Virus record (IMG/VR): IMGVR_UViG_3300043598_000004
Span: 155-64,154 of that record
Strand: one strand, 5' to 3'
DNA from: a virus
Lineage: Duplodnaviria > Caudoviricetes
Length of the DNA stretch: 64,000 nucleotides
Part shown: positions 46,713 to 57,291 of the stretch, in pieces
Position numbering within the stretch: position 1 is the stretch's first letter
Layout of the letters: every line of letters begins with the position of its first letter
The notes under the pieces: generated by a model
What the model was told of the DNA's origin: nothing
Database searches by the model: none
Seen by the model: the letters and a program-made list of their open reading frames with translations, nothing else
Program-made: the position numbers and the translations under genes

Positions 46713-47096
46713 TCAAGCGCTCGGGGGTTTGGCGTGACCGATTTGCAGCGGCCCGTTGCCCATGAGTGACTTGCGCAGCGCGAACGTATTCACACCTGCC
46801 GGCCACACGATCATGTTGTGGTTGAACTTGCCTGCGGTGTAGTACATCGCACGCTGGCCCGAGAGCACCGCCACTTGAGCAATGGCCAGCTTGCGCAGCG
46901 CATCACCCGTGTGCGTGGCCACCACGTAGGGTGTGACCCCGGTGTCGGTGATCACGATCAGTTGGTACTTGGCGATGTTCGCCAGTGCCGGTGCCGAGTC
47001 GGTGCCGATATCGTCCTGGCCGACGATGAAGCCTTCGATGCCAGCAACGGTTGTTTCGTCGCTGTAAGCTGCCAGTTGCGGGTATGAGCCTGCCAT
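46713..47096 (-). CDS. Head decoration protein (gpD-like)
   Basis: Between protease and capsid; YTAGKFN...VWP. Confidence 0.75.
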   Translation of the reverse strand: MAGSYPQLAAYSDETTVAGIEGFIVGQDDIGTDSAPALANIAKYQLIVITDTGVTPYVVATHTGDALRKLAIAQVAVLSGQRAMYYTAGKFNHNMIVWPAGVNTFALRKSLMGNGPLQIGHAKPPSA

Positions 47097-47120
47097 ATTC
47101 GATTCTCCTGAGAGGTTGAC

Positions 47121-48458
47121 TTACTTGACAGCCGCGAGCTTGCGACCCGTTGCCAGTTCTTGATTCGCGAGGATGCGTTGCGCAGGGGTTTGCCCGTCGC
47201 CGCCCGCGCCGCCACCGTTGGCGCCGACATTCGGATTCGCCGTGTTATCCATGGCCTGATTGAACGCTGCACCTGCGGCAGCGGCCGGCGCTTCGGCGGC
47301 AGCGACCTTCAGCATCGCCTTGGCATCATCGACAGACATGTCGGTGTTGAGAGCCAAGTGGTTCGCCAGAGCGCTTTTGCCCTTGGCTTCCTCGCAATTG
47401 AGGATGCCTTGCACGCGAGCGCGTTCAGCAGTCTTCGCCGTGGCGGATGCCGTGGCGGATGCATCGGCGATGGCCTTTGCGTTTGCAGCAGCTTGCGCGT
47501 CAGCTGCGTCCTTGGATGCCTGGTCGGTTGCACCCGGCTGCGCTTTTGTATCGGACATTTCGTCGTCTTTCCTTGCAGTGGTTGAAGTCGAGCCGGATAG
47601 CTCGTCGAATAACACCTGCATCGCCTGTGAAGGCGTTGCAATGGCGTCGATGAGGCCAAGCGACAAAGCGTCGTCGGCGTCATAACAACGGGCTTCGGTG
47701 TCTCGCACCTTGGCCGCGTCAATGTTCCTGTGCGATGCGATAAGCGCAACGAACTTTCCGCCCGTCTTATCGACATTCTTTTGAATGGATTTTTTGGCAT
47801 CGGCAGACAGCGCTTCGTAGGGATTGCCGTCGACCTTGTGATCACCAAAATGAATAAACGTGATCTTGATTCCAATATCCGTCAGCAGCTTCGAGAAGTC
47901 CATGTGCATCGCCACTACACCAACGGAGCCTGCCCCGCCACTGGGGGTCATGACCACCTTCGATGCCGCTGAAGCCAGGGCGTAGCCCGCGCTGTATGCG
48001 TTGGAATCAATCAAGGACATGCTTGGCTTCACCGCCGCAGCCTGACTCATCTCAGCGGCGAGTTCAAAGCAGCCTGCAGCTTCCCCACCGTTGCTGTTCA
48101 CGTCGTAGACAATCGCCTTCACGTCATCATCAGCCATGGCTTGAGCCAGCTGACGACGAATGAAGTTGTACCCCGTGATGAATCCATAAGATTGCCCGAA
48201 GCGATTGATCAACGTTCCTTGAATCGGAATAATGGCCACACCGTCAGCGAAGGCGAAAGGTTTGCTTTGCTCTCTTTGACTGAAGCCAAAGGACTCGCAC
48301 ATCTCGCCAAGGCGGGCCTGAAACTTCACCTGAGCTTCAACAGGATCGGTCATCGCCATATCGCGAAGGTCTTGTGCAAATCCTGAATACGCCGGTGACA
48401 GCGCCACAGCTTGAAGATGCATCCGCGAGAGTGCGGCGCGGGCAGCGATATCGCTCAT
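47121..48458 (-). CDS. S49 prohead protease with C-terminal scaffold (gpC/Nu3-like; probable internal start 47558)
   Basis: DVNSNGGE, AYSAGYALAS, GSVGVV, HKVDGNPY; AAGGA before internal ATG. Confidence 0.9.
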   Translation of the reverse strand: MSDIAARAALSRMHLQAVALSPAYSGFAQDLRDMAMTDPVEAQVKFQARLGEMCESFGFSQREQSKPFAFADGVAIIPIQGTLINRFGQSYGFITGYNFIRRQLAQAMADDDVKAIVYDVNSNGGEAAGCFELAAEMSQAAAVKPSMSLIDSNAYSAGYALASAASKVVMTPSGGAGSVGVVAMHMDFSKLLTDIGIKITFIHFGDHKVDGNPYEALSADAKKSIQKNVDKTGGKFVALIASHRNIDAAKVRDTEARCYDADDALSLGLIDAIATPSQAMQVLFDELSGSTSTTARKDDEMSDTKAQPGATDQASKDAADAQAAANAKAIADASATASATAKTAERARVQGILNCEEAKGKSALANHLALNTDMSVDDAKAMLKVAAAEAPAAAAGAAFNQAMDNTANPNVGANGGGAGGDGQTPAQRILANQELATGRKLAAVK

Positions 48459-50071
48459 AGTTCGTCGTCCTGGTTGTCGGCAGCGTTATTCGGAGCCGCA
48501 ACCGCAGGTTTCGCGGCAGACGGGCCGATCTTGTCTTCGAGCCCGAGCGTCTTCAGCATTGCGACTTCACGAGCCCGTTGCTCCAAGATCGTTCGCCAGT
48601 CTTCGCCCAATCGGGCGCATTCTGCCTCAAGCGTAGAAAAGCCGTTTGTGATGCGAAGGGCCGCAGCCTCGGTTTCCTTCTTCTCATCGATCTGGCCACG
48701 AGATGCGCCGATCCATGAGCCCTTCAAGAGAGCCTCACGCATCAAAGGATCGTAGAAGATGTCCTTGGTCTTACCTGGGGGCAACGGCACACGGTCGTTG
48801 TTGATCTCTTCTTCGAACCAAAGCGAATAAACCGAATTGGCCAGGCGATCGGCAACCTGCTTCTTCCGCGACTGCATGTACTTCCACGTCTCAGCCATCG
48901 AGGCGCGAGCGCTTGAGTAGTTCGTCTTCGTGTAATCACGACTGAATTGTTCATAAGAGAGCCCAAGCCCTGCAGCTGTGTGACGCAAAAGTGATTCTTC
49001 GAAACCATCACCCACGCCGCCAGGAGAACCAAGCGGCTTCATCGACAGCTTGGTCCCTGGAAACAAGTGCGGCATCTTCACGCCATCGACGTTGATGTTC
49101 TTGGCGCCGTCGCTGTACTGGCTCAACGCAGTCATGTACTCGCCGAGCAATGACGCAAACCCGGTCTGTCCAGCACCCATCGATGCGAAGACGACATCGC
49201 TCGGGAGATCGGATTCGATCGCCGCCGCATAGCTGGCCTGGACCACGGCGTTCTGTAGTGTCACGTCCTGGAACTTCTTCGTCATGTGCATTTGCTTCAG
49301 CACAGACACCATGTCGGCCACGCCGCGAGTTTGATCAGCCTGCAATGGATCGGTGATATGGATCACCATGCGCCGGCCCCACGGCTTGCGAGCCTCGACG
49401 CGACGAAACTCGGTGCGTCGTGGATCGAAGATTTCGCCAGGGTGCACCACGCGAATCCAATAGGCGATCGGCGCACCGTAGATGTCATGCTCGACACCAC
49501 GGCGCAGCTTGGTATCGTCAGGCAAGCCATCAGGATTCGAGAGCCGTGACGGCGACACCATTTGAAGAGCCGTAGAGAATGGGCGCCCGCCGCCGCGTAG
49601 CCACTCTGCGGTAGCCAGGACTTCACCGGTCATCACAAAGCCGCCAATCGCGAGGCGAATCAGTCCCGTGAGGGTCATCGAGCCACCAGCGTCAAACCAG
49701 CAATCGAGCGAATCAGCGTACAGGTTGAAGCGCGATTCCATTTGCAGCTGAAACGCTTCGGCCCATTCCTTCGTTGCGCCAAGCGTTTTCCAGTCGGGTT
49801 GCGCATTGAATCGGTACTGTGCACCGACAATCGAATCCCTGTGGATATTGACAGCACCCGTCGCATAGCCGTCGTTCTGCACCGACTCGCGCCCGCGAGC
49901 ATCAATGGTGTCCTTGACGGAATTAATTTGCCTATCGGGGGAGACGATGCCGGGGTTCCACGAGAACATCTCTCGATTCAGAACCTCAGCCCCTTCGAGT
50001 GCGCCGCCCATCGCACGTTGCTGGACGGGCGCCAGCACTGTCGATGTGGGCACTAAATTGAGGGTGCTCAT
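48455..50071 (-). CDS. Portal protein (lambda family), ends QDDEL
   Basis: QTRGV, GLGLSYEQFSRDY..TNYSSARAS, IDEKKE. Confidence 0.92.
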   Translation of the reverse strand: MSTLNLVPTSTVLAPVQQRAMGGALEGAEVLNREMFSWNPGIVSPDRQINSVKDTIDARGRESVQNDGYATGAVNIHRDSIVGAQYRFNAQPDWKTLGATKEWAEAFQLQMESRFNLYADSLDCWFDAGGSMTLTGLIRLAIGGFVMTGEVLATAEWLRGGGRPFSTALQMVSPSRLSNPDGLPDDTKLRRGVEHDIYGAPIAYWIRVVHPGEIFDPRRTEFRRVEARKPWGRRMVIHITDPLQADQTRGVADMVSVLKQMHMTKKFQDVTLQNAVVQASYAAAIESDLPSDVVFASMGAGQTGFASLLGEYMTALSQYSDGAKNINVDGVKMPHLFPGTKLSMKPLGSPGGVGDGFEESLLRHTAAGLGLSYEQFSRDYTKTNYSSARASMAETWKYMQSRKKQVADRLANSVYSLWFEEEINNDRVPLPPGKTKDIFYDPLMREALLKGSWIGASRGQIDEKKETEAAALRITNGFSTLEAECARLGEDWRTILEQRAREVAMLKTLGLEDKIGPSAAKPAVAAPNNAADNQDDEL

Positions 50072-50072
50072 C

Positions 50073-50285
50073 TCAGAAAATGAATCGAGCTGGACCTGAA
50101 GGAATACCCGTTGCGCAGCCCAGTTCGGCTTCAAGCGCCTGGATATATCCGTAGAGGTTTTGCTTGTTGGCTGCGGCGTATTCAACGCGGGAACCATTCT
50201 GATCGACCACCACGCGGGGCATGCCGCCCGTGTGCAATTGATGGTATGCGACACGCGCTTGCGCGAGCATCTCTGCCTTGGTCAT
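50073..50285 (-). CDS. Head-tail joining protein (gpW family)
   Basis: AYHQL.TG...VVDQNGSRVEY...L..YI..LE. Confidence 0.85.
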   Translation of the reverse strand: MTKAEMLAQARVAYHQLHTGGMPRVVVDQNGSRVEYAAANKQNLYGYIQALEAELGCATGIPSGPARFIF

Positions 50286-50294
50286 TGTTGTCCT

Positions 50295-52373
50295 TTAGGC
50301 AAGGGCTTTGCCGAAGCTCGAAAAATCGTACGCGGATTTTAGGGTATTTGAGAATTTAGGAGATTCTGCGGGCGCCCGCACCAGATCATTCGGGGCTCCA
50401 TCGGCCCAATCTGCCGCCCAAGTTGGCGGATTCGACCAGTCCAAATGCTCGACTTTGATCAATTCTGAAATGCAGAGCCCAAGTGCGTAATAGCTCAAAT
50501 CCCAGTTCTCGTTACGATGGCCAGCGGGGTTCGTCCAGCCCTTGATAGTGCGAACTTCCGTACACAGTTCGGCGTAGAACTTGTCATCCATCCAAGAAGG
50601 GGTTCTGTACATTCCCTTGCCTGGCTGCACCACATCGAGCCTCCCATTCAGGTCATCTTTCAACAGGTTGGAATTGAGCAAGAGGACGGGCACGTCACCC
50701 TTCGCAATGGCTTTCTTGTCCCGCTGGTTTGAATCGGGATAGCTGATACGGCAACGTGGTTGTCCCGGCGAAGGATCGCCCTTGATCAGAATGAAGCGGC
50801 GATGCTGGTTCTTGGCTCGAAGCCCCCGATAGTAGTCATAGGCTTTGCTGGTCACGCCTTCCTTGCCACCTGAGTCGCAGCCAACGAACTTCAACCCCAT
50901 CATCCGCCCGCTGTCGTCGTCGAGCGGGTACTCCTTCGACAGCACTTGCTCTGTCAATTCATCCCAATCCTCTAGATAACTGGCAGGCTTCACCCACAAG
51001 CGCTCACCGTCATCGTCTGTTCGCTTCGACTTTCGAACATCGAAACGATCGACCACCACCGTGTCGAATGGCCTACCTGCCAGAACGCCAGTCACCAGGA
51101 CAACCCACATGTTTTGCTGCACGTCGACCGTGGCCACCAGGAAGCGCACGCCTGTGGGAACATGGCGCTCGCGCAAGTGCTCAGCCCGCGACTTCAGCGT
51201 CTCAGGCAGACGCAAGTCATCGAGGTTTTTGTCGTAGAAAGGTTCACCCAAGTCGTTGTTGTAGAACTTCCTGAGAGCCTCTTGAGAACCTGTGCGCTCG
51301 TACTCATCATTGGCGTCCAGATAGAGCGCTACGAGCTTCTTCCAGTTCGTAAACACAGCTGCCAGGCCGCGCATCCAGAACGATGCAATCGAGGTTCTCG
51401 GATTTGGCCCGAACACCTGACCGTTGTTGTCGACACCCTGGCCATCCTTCACCCACGTGCCGCGAGCATTCATCTCCTCGCGATCGTCGGTCAGCATCTC
51501 GTGAGCACAGAACGGGCATTTGAGCCGAACCGTCTCCGACACTTCCAAATTCGTTTGCCCCTCGCGCCGCTCGTACGTGAGCATCTCGAAGCGGCCCTCA
51601 AAGTAATTGCTGCACTTCACGCAAGGCCAGTACCAGCGGCGCCGATCGCCACGGTTGTAGAGAGCAAGGATGCCCTCGCACGGAGGAGCTTCGTGAGCGG
51701 TCTTCGCAATCCATTTCAGGTTTTCAACCATCTTCGACGGTGACGATTCCGCCAACGTCATCGCATACGAGCCGAAGGTCGTCGTTCGCTTCGAGGCCAA
51801 GTCATACGGATTGCCGTCGCCGTCCACGTCCATCGGCATGCGGTCGAAGTCAGTCATCACGATGCGACCGATCGGCTTGCCCGCCAGTTCAGTAGGCGTC
51901 GGCCACGAGATCGTGAGAAGCATCCCGTTGCGATACTGCTTGTCGAATTTATTATCGTAGTCAGCGCCCTTCAGCATCATCTTGCCGATCTCTTCACTGT
52001 GCCGGTGCAGACGATCGATACGACGAATCGAGAAGTCGCGGCCCGCCGTGTTGGTCGGGCACACGATCATCATGTCCATGGGCTCGACTTTCACGGCATA
52101 TGCCACCGTGTTGATGATGAGCGAATCCGTCTTGCCGGACTGAGCTGGACCAACAAAAATCAGTCCGTTGTATGAGCGCGATGTGAAAGTATCCATTGGC
52201 TCAACCATCATCGGTGTGGTCGAGTTCAACCATTTACCGACGTACGCGCCAGGCTGATTGACGTAGCGATACTTTTCTGCAGCTTGCGAAACGCTCAACT
52301 CATCGGACGGCTGAAGCATCTCAGCCACCGACATGATCATTTCGCCAATGGATTTAAAGCTCATCGTCGTCAT
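50295..52373 (-). CDS. Terminase large subunit (gpA family)
   Basis: GPAQSGKT Walker A, ESSP, GDRRRWYWPC, VDVQ, DSGG, RNE.WD. Confidence 0.93.
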   Translation of the reverse strand: MTTMSFKSIGEMIMSVAEMLQPSDELSVSQAAEKYRYVNQPGAYVGKWLNSTTPMMVEPMDTFTSRSYNGLIFVGPAQSGKTDSLIINTVAYAVKVEPMDMMIVCPTNTAGRDFSIRRIDRLHRHSEEIGKMMLKGADYDNKFDKQYRNGMLLTISWPTPTELAGKPIGRIVMTDFDRMPMDVDGDGNPYDLASKRTTTFGSYAMTLAESSPSKMVENLKWIAKTAHEAPPCEGILALYNRGDRRRWYWPCVKCSNYFEGRFEMLTYERREGQTNLEVSETVRLKCPFCAHEMLTDDREEMNARGTWVKDGQGVDNNGQVFGPNPRTSIASFWMRGLAAVFTNWKKLVALYLDANDEYERTGSQEALRKFYNNDLGEPFYDKNLDDLRLPETLKSRAEHLRERHVPTGVRFLVATVDVQQNMWVVLVTGVLAGRPFDTVVVDRFDVRKSKRTDDDGERLWVKPASYLEDWDELTEQVLSKEYPLDDDSGRMMGLKFVGCDSGGKEGVTSKAYDYYRGLRAKNQHRRFILIKGDPSPGQPRCRISYPDSNQRDKKAIAKGDVPVLLLNSNLLKDDLNGRLDVVQPGKGMYRTPSWMDDKFYAELCTEVRTIKGWTNPAGHRNENWDLSYYALGLCISELIKVEHLDWSNPPTWAADWADGAPNDLVRAPAESPKFSNTLKSAYDFSSFGKALA

Positions 52374-52944
52374 CGATCACAACAATCGGCTCCGATATTT
52401 TCTCGGTTGGAGGCTTCACTTGGAACTTCTCTTCGAGCCGTTTCAGCATGTTGACCTTTGCCCCTTTAACCAATTGCTTGATCACGTCACGTTGACGATC
52501 GGTAAGCTCCGTTGCCCGCTCGACACCATCGGTCAACAGGTCCAATTCCATCTTTAGAGACTTCACCATCTCACCCACTTGCTCGATGACCTTGGTCGTC
52601 GGCCACAAGTCGCCGGCCCGTAGTTCGAACTCCTGACGACTTCGCTGGCCTGCCCAGTATTCTTTGCTCAGTTGCTTCGGCAGTTGGTCATGATTCATCG
52701 TCATCATGGCCTTGCGCACTTGCTCTTCGCTGAGCTTGCCCATCTTCTCGGCGACGGCAGCGATCTCATAGATCGATGCGCCGTGACGCGTCCCCACGGG
52801 CTCGATGCCATACATGCGTTGCTTCAGCGTGCGATGGTCCGCCCTGAACAAAACACCTAGCTCTGAAAGGTTTGCGCCCTGGAAAAGAATTGCGCGACTT
52901 TCCGCATCCAGGTTGCGGCCCTCAGTTTTTAGCTTAGTTGCCAT
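52354..52944 (-). CDS. Terminase small subunit (DUF1441-like), ends DDDDEL
   Basis: Directly upstream of TerL; N-terminal HTH; LPKQLSKEYW...GDLW.T. Confidence 0.8.
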   Translation of the reverse strand: MATKLKTEGRNLDAESRAILFQGANLSELGVLFRADHRTLKQRMYGIEPVGTRHGASIYEIAAVAEKMGKLSEEQVRKAMMTMNHDQLPKQLSKEYWAGQRSRQEFELRAGDLWPTTKVIEQVGEMVKSLKMELDLLTDGVERATELTDRQRDVIKQLVKGAKVNMLKRLEEKFQVKPPTEKISEPIVVIDDDDEL

Positions 52945-53149
52945 TGAGCTTCCAATCCAGGAATTGTTTTTGGCATCCGCATCCGCAGTTGCAAAGGAGA
53001 ATCACTTTGTCAACGTGATAAACGGGTAGTTCCCGCGTCTGGTTGCGGTAGCCTGCATACGTGGCATAGGCGATGCCGAGAACCGTTGCTGCCCTGGCCG
53101 AATTCAAGCCAAGCTGGTTTTCGAAATCGATCAGGAACTGCGAAGCCAT
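52934..53149 (-). CDS. Small HTH protein
   Basis: LGLNSARAATVLGIAYATY. Confidence 0.6.
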   Translation of the reverse strand: MASQFLIDFENQLGLNSARAATVLGIAYATYAGYRNQTRELPVYHVDKVILLCNCGCGCQKQFLDWKLNGN

Positions 53150-53191
53150 CGGACCTATGCATTGCATAAAAACCGAATGGTAGCAGGAACC

Positions 53192-53223
53192 AAAAAAAAG
53201 AGGCGCCGTGTGACGGGCGCCTC
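53192..53223 (-). terminator. Rho-independent terminator after helicase
   Basis: A8-gaggcgcc...ggcgcctc on plus strand. Confidence 0.8.
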
Positions 53224-53278
53224 AAATCAAACATCAATCCCCCTTAGACCTCTCCACAAGGCCACAGGAACCTGCATT

Positions 53279-54877
53279 TTACAACTCATCCGAGGTATCG
53301 ACTAACAATTTTTGCTTCCTATATGCAGCAATCAGCCTGCGTAATTTGGCGAACATCTTCGCTTGGGCGTCTTCCTTCCCCTTGATGGTCTTCGCAACAA
53401 GCTCATCCAGGGTGCCAACGGCCGTTAGCATATAAACAACAACCGGATGTTTTTGTCCCTGCCGAGCAATACGTCCGACCAATTGCATGAACCGTTCAAG
53501 CGAATGGAACAAATCAAACAACACCATGATGTGCCCGCCTAACTGCAGGTTCAGTCCGTGCCCGCCTGACTGGGGATGCATCAGCAACAGCGGAATCTTC
53601 CGCTTGTTCCACGCTGCCACGCACTTGCCTTCCTTGTCCATTACAACAGCCTGCGGGAACGCTTTCTTCAGCCGATCCAGCGACGATCGCCAGTGGTAGG
53701 CAACGATGATCGGCTCCCCTTGCGCCTCTTCGATCAACTCTCGAAGCTCTTCGATTTTCTGATCATGTAAATGGTGAACCTTCTTCACCTTGCGCATGTC
53801 ATCCGTCTCGATGTCCTCTTCGAGATACGTCTCATAGAGCACACCCGAGGCCATTTGCAACAGCTTGGCTGAGAGAGCCGCAGCGGTCTTTGCTTCCACT
53901 TCGCTGCCATCGGGCAGGGTGACTATGAACTCACGCTGCATCTCCTCGTAGAGAGCCATCTCACGCTCGCCAAGTACTACCGGCCTGTGGATGATCGTCG
54001 GCTTTTCGCGAGGTAGGTACTGATCGGCTTTCATGACCAACGTAACGTCGGCAATCTTGGCCAGGATTTCATCATCAGCATCGGGACGTAGATCGTATTT
54101 GCGGGTGTACTTGTTTTTATTGAAGTACTTCAGGAAAAAGCGAGTGCTCGTTTCACCGAACCGCTTGCCACGATCCAGCAGAAACGTGATTGACCAAAAC
54201 GCCGTGTAGCCCTCAGCTGCAGGCGTGGCCGTCAAGGCATGCAGACGCGTGATGTAGCCCTCATACTTGCGCACCTTGGCCAGGGCCTTGAATCGCTCGC
54301 TTTGCCAGTCCTTGAAGCCGCTGGCTTCGTCAATGAAGACTGTCCGGTATGGCCACCTGTGCTGATGAAGCTCCACGAGCCACACAAGCCAATCGTTGCT
54401 CACAATGTGCACGGTCGCAGGATCACGGGCCTGGATAGCTCGAATGCGATTCTTCTCCTGCGTCTCAGCCCTGCCGCGAACGCCCTGCGCCTCCGCGCCG
54501 CTCATGCCATTCAATCGAGCTTCCGCAGCTGCAGCCTTGCCCGCCGCAATCACGCTCGGATGATCATCGGAAACGTTGATCAGCTGATGGTTCAAATGTG
54601 CGATGTGGGACCACTCGCGTTTCTCATTCGGCCACGTCTGCGTTGCGACCCGCTTCGGCCCGACGATGAGAATCTTGCCCTCGTGGTACTCGTCAATCAG
54701 GTCCGCGATGAGGGTCCAGCTGCAGATTGATTTGCCGAGCCCCATGTCCATCAGCAAGAGGCTGAAGGGGTTCTCTTTCAGGAACGGAATCGCGATATCG
54801 GTTTGATAGTCATGCAAGTCGGCTCGTGTGTGAATCACATCCGTGAACTTGGCACGGACCCATTGCATCAGACTCAT
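53279..54877 (-). CDS. SNF2-family helicase, ends SDEL
   Basis: DMGLGKS, IDEAS, LTATP, HPQSGGHGLNLQ, GRIARQGQ. Confidence 0.92.
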   Translation of the reverse strand: MSLMQWVRAKFTDVIHTRADLHDYQTDIAIPFLKENPFSLLLMDMGLGKSICSWTLIADLIDEYHEGKILIVGPKRVATQTWPNEKREWSHIAHLNHQLINVSDDHPSVIAAGKAAAAEARLNGMSGAEAQGVRGRAETQEKNRIRAIQARDPATVHIVSNDWLVWLVELHQHRWPYRTVFIDEASGFKDWQSERFKALAKVRKYEGYITRLHALTATPAAEGYTAFWSITFLLDRGKRFGETSTRFFLKYFNKNKYTRKYDLRPDADDEILAKIADVTLVMKADQYLPREKPTIIHRPVVLGEREMALYEEMQREFIVTLPDGSEVEAKTAAALSAKLLQMASGVLYETYLEEDIETDDMRKVKKVHHLHDQKIEELRELIEEAQGEPIIVAYHWRSSLDRLKKAFPQAVVMDKEGKCVAAWNKRKIPLLLMHPQSGGHGLNLQLGGHIMVLFDLFHSLERFMQLVGRIARQGQKHPVVVYMLTAVGTLDELVAKTIKGKEDAQAKMFAKLRRLIAAYRKQKLLVDTSDEL

Positions 54878-55173
54878 CGCATGTACGCCATGAACTCTTC
54901 CACGTTGTCAGTCCACTTCACGATAATGCCGTGCTCGCGCATTTCTCTATGCCTGGCCAATTGCTGCAGCGTTGGCTCCGAGCCTTTGCGCTTGAACTCC
55001 CAAAACACGATCACACCGCTTCGAGCAAAGAAGCGATCGGGCCATCCACGGGATGTTTGACTCACGAGCTTTTGGCATAACCATCCGCGCTTCTCGGCGA
55101 ACTCGACGCAAGGCAACTCGACATCGGGAATCTCAAGCTCAACACGTTCGTACAGCAAGGCAGCTTTCCTCAT
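54874..55173 (-). CDS. VRR-NUC domain nuclease
   Basis: GWPDRFF...WEFKR....PT.QQ. Confidence 0.88.
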   Translation of the reverse strand: MRKAALLYERVELEIPDVELPCVEFAEKRGWLCQKLVSQTSRGWPDRFFARSGVIVFWEFKRKGSEPTLQQLARHREMREHGIIVKWTDNVEEFMAYMR

Positions 55174-57263
55174 AGTTCTTCGTCCTTTCGACACTTGGCG
55201 CAATATCTCGCGTCTTCAGGTTTCGAAGCGAACTCTACCCACATGTCGCGGCGTTGCTTCCGCTTCATCCCACATCGAGCGATGCCAGTGCTGGCGTCGA
55301 CACGGTGAACTGTTTTCTGATCCTCTAGGCGTCCGTAGAACATCCCTGTGCGTCCGATGAGCGAAGGGTCCGGTGACTCCATGCCAACGTCGTCCAGGAT
55401 CGCGTACGCCTCACGCTCGTACCACTCGTAGTCGATGTTGCGGGGCAACTCATCAGGCAGGCGCATGCACGGCTGCGCCCCCTTGCTGCGGGGCACTTTG
55501 TTGCCGGTTTCTTTGTACGTCAGTGTCCCGTGCACGTCATCGGCGTAGTAATAGCGCGGCACCTTGGCCACCAACTCGCCTTCGAACATCGCGCCGCCCT
55601 TGACCTTGCGAACGCTCACGAATTTGCGAATGTCCTGGCACTCGCGAATCGTCGACTCCACCGGCGTGCCGTCCTTCAGGAAAGCAATCACAGCGTCATA
55701 ACAAATCTCAACCATCGGCGTTTTCTTGAGCCCGAATGCTGCAGGGATGCCGCGACCTGACGGAGCAAACAACCCCTTGCGCTTGGCTTCGAGTCCGCCG
55801 TTGCCATCGTGCTTGAACGCCACGTAGTTATTCACGTTCTGTGCATGCAGCGATCGATACCGAACTTCCTCAGTGATCAGTCCTGTCTCATTTTCCCAGT
55901 CGAAGACCACGCAACAGAACATCCCGTATTCGGCGCGAGGAACGCGGGTAACGAAGCCATCGGTGTTCGCACTGATGACTTCCCAACCGTGCAGCACCAC
56001 GTCTTCGATCAGCATCAGGATATCCAGTTGGCCGCTGACGGTTGTCTGAATCATCATCGGCGGCGAGTAGACAATCGAAAAAGGCGAGCCAGTCTTACCA
56101 AATATTCCATTGGTCGCGATCTTTCCTGACTCGGCTTCATCCTTGCGACCGGCGATCTTCGCTGCATCACGTTCGTCCTTGATACGCGTGTACTCAACCG
56201 TGAAGTGCCCGCGCATGTTGGCAGGCTCGCGCCCACTCGTGATGATCAGACTCGGGTAGTAGCCACGCACATCACGATCGACAATGATGTACTCATCGTC
56301 CTCGTAGACACTGACGCTCTTCTCTTGAGAATGCAGTCCACCGATGCCCATCTTGTAGACGTTGTTCCCAAGATGAATCTCGGCGCCGCCTTCGAGATGC
56401 TCCTCATCCGTCTCTTCGTCCTTCTTCTTCGCACCGAAGATTTCCGGCAGTTGCACGTAGCCATCACGCTTGACAATGAACGGTGCTCGAAGCAAGCGGC
56501 TCAACATCTCCTGCATCGCAGGCGTCTGGAATTTGATGTATGCCGGCGCCTCGAAGTGGAACGCACCCGGTTGGATGTCCGGCTTGTAGATGCGCTTGCC
56601 GCCCATGCGCTTCTCGACGCGAGCCCGCATGATCGCTTCACCGATCTGTGCATCCGACTTGCTGCGGCAGTCCACGCCGATCCTGGCACTGATCTTTGCT
56701 CGAATGGCCACCTGAGGCTGCAACTCGGTCGCGAGGTCGTCGGTCACTTCGAGGTCGTTGTCCAGATAGGCAAGAACCTCTTCGATTTCATCGTCTTCGA
56801 GCCACGTGTCAGGGGTGTACGGCAACTCCTGCATGTGTCGCGAGTGCATCATGCCGGCGTACTTCTTCAGGCTCGCACGCTGCGCAGCTGAAGGTGCTAC
56901 TTCCATCAGGTCGATGTGATCGATCCAGTCGGGCACGCGGATGTTGTACGAGTCATAGAACTCCCAATACTTCATCCCGCCGATGATGATTCGGTCGTTG
57001 GCTGTCTTCAACTCCTCGCACGTCGCGCCCTGCATCGCGAGCATGATCATCGGCAAGTCGTAGTTGATGCCGTTGAAGGTATAGAAGCGGTGATAGCGCA
57101 GGATCGTCGAGATGCGCGGCCGATCAAGCTCTTCACCCACGCGCATAGCGACCTTGACGACCTTGCGAGTCTCTAGAGATCGAAACCCGATAGCCCACAG
57201 GTTCCGGTAGCACTCCGAATCACAAACCGCCTGAGGCCGCGTGGCTAGATAGTCGATTGGCAT
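55170..57263 (-). CDS. DNA polymerase, family B-like, with 3'-5' exonuclease; ends DEEL
   Basis: DSECY, FNGINYD, DVRGYYPS, KIATNGIFGK, SANTDG. Confidence 0.88.
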   Translation of the reverse strand: MPIDYLATRPQAVCDSECYRNLWAIGFRSLETRKVVKVAMRVGEELDRPRISTILRYHRFYTFNGINYDLPMIMLAMQGATCEELKTANDRIIIGGMKYWEFYDSYNIRVPDWIDHIDLMEVAPSAAQRASLKKYAGMMHSRHMQELPYTPDTWLEDDEIEEVLAYLDNDLEVTDDLATELQPQVAIRAKISARIGVDCRSKSDAQIGEAIMRARVEKRMGGKRIYKPDIQPGAFHFEAPAYIKFQTPAMQEMLSRLLRAPFIVKRDGYVQLPEIFGAKKKDEETDEEHLEGGAEIHLGNNVYKMGIGGLHSQEKSVSVYEDDEYIIVDRDVRGYYPSLIITSGREPANMRGHFTVEYTRIKDERDAAKIAGRKDEAESGKIATNGIFGKTGSPFSIVYSPPMMIQTTVSGQLDILMLIEDVVLHGWEVISANTDGFVTRVPRAEYGMFCCVVFDWENETGLITEEVRYRSLHAQNVNNYVAFKHDGNGGLEAKRKGLFAPSGRGIPAAFGLKKTPMVEICYDAVIAFLKDGTPVESTIRECQDIRKFVSVRKVKGGAMFEGELVAKVPRYYYADDVHGTLTYKETGNKVPRSKGAQPCMRLPDELPRNIDYEWYEREAYAILDDVGMESPDPSLIGRTGMFYGRLEDQKTVHRVDASTGIARCGMKRKQRRDMWVEFASKPEDARYCAKCRKDEEL

Positions 57264-57291
57264 TTTCAGTTGAACCCATCAGACGCAAATG

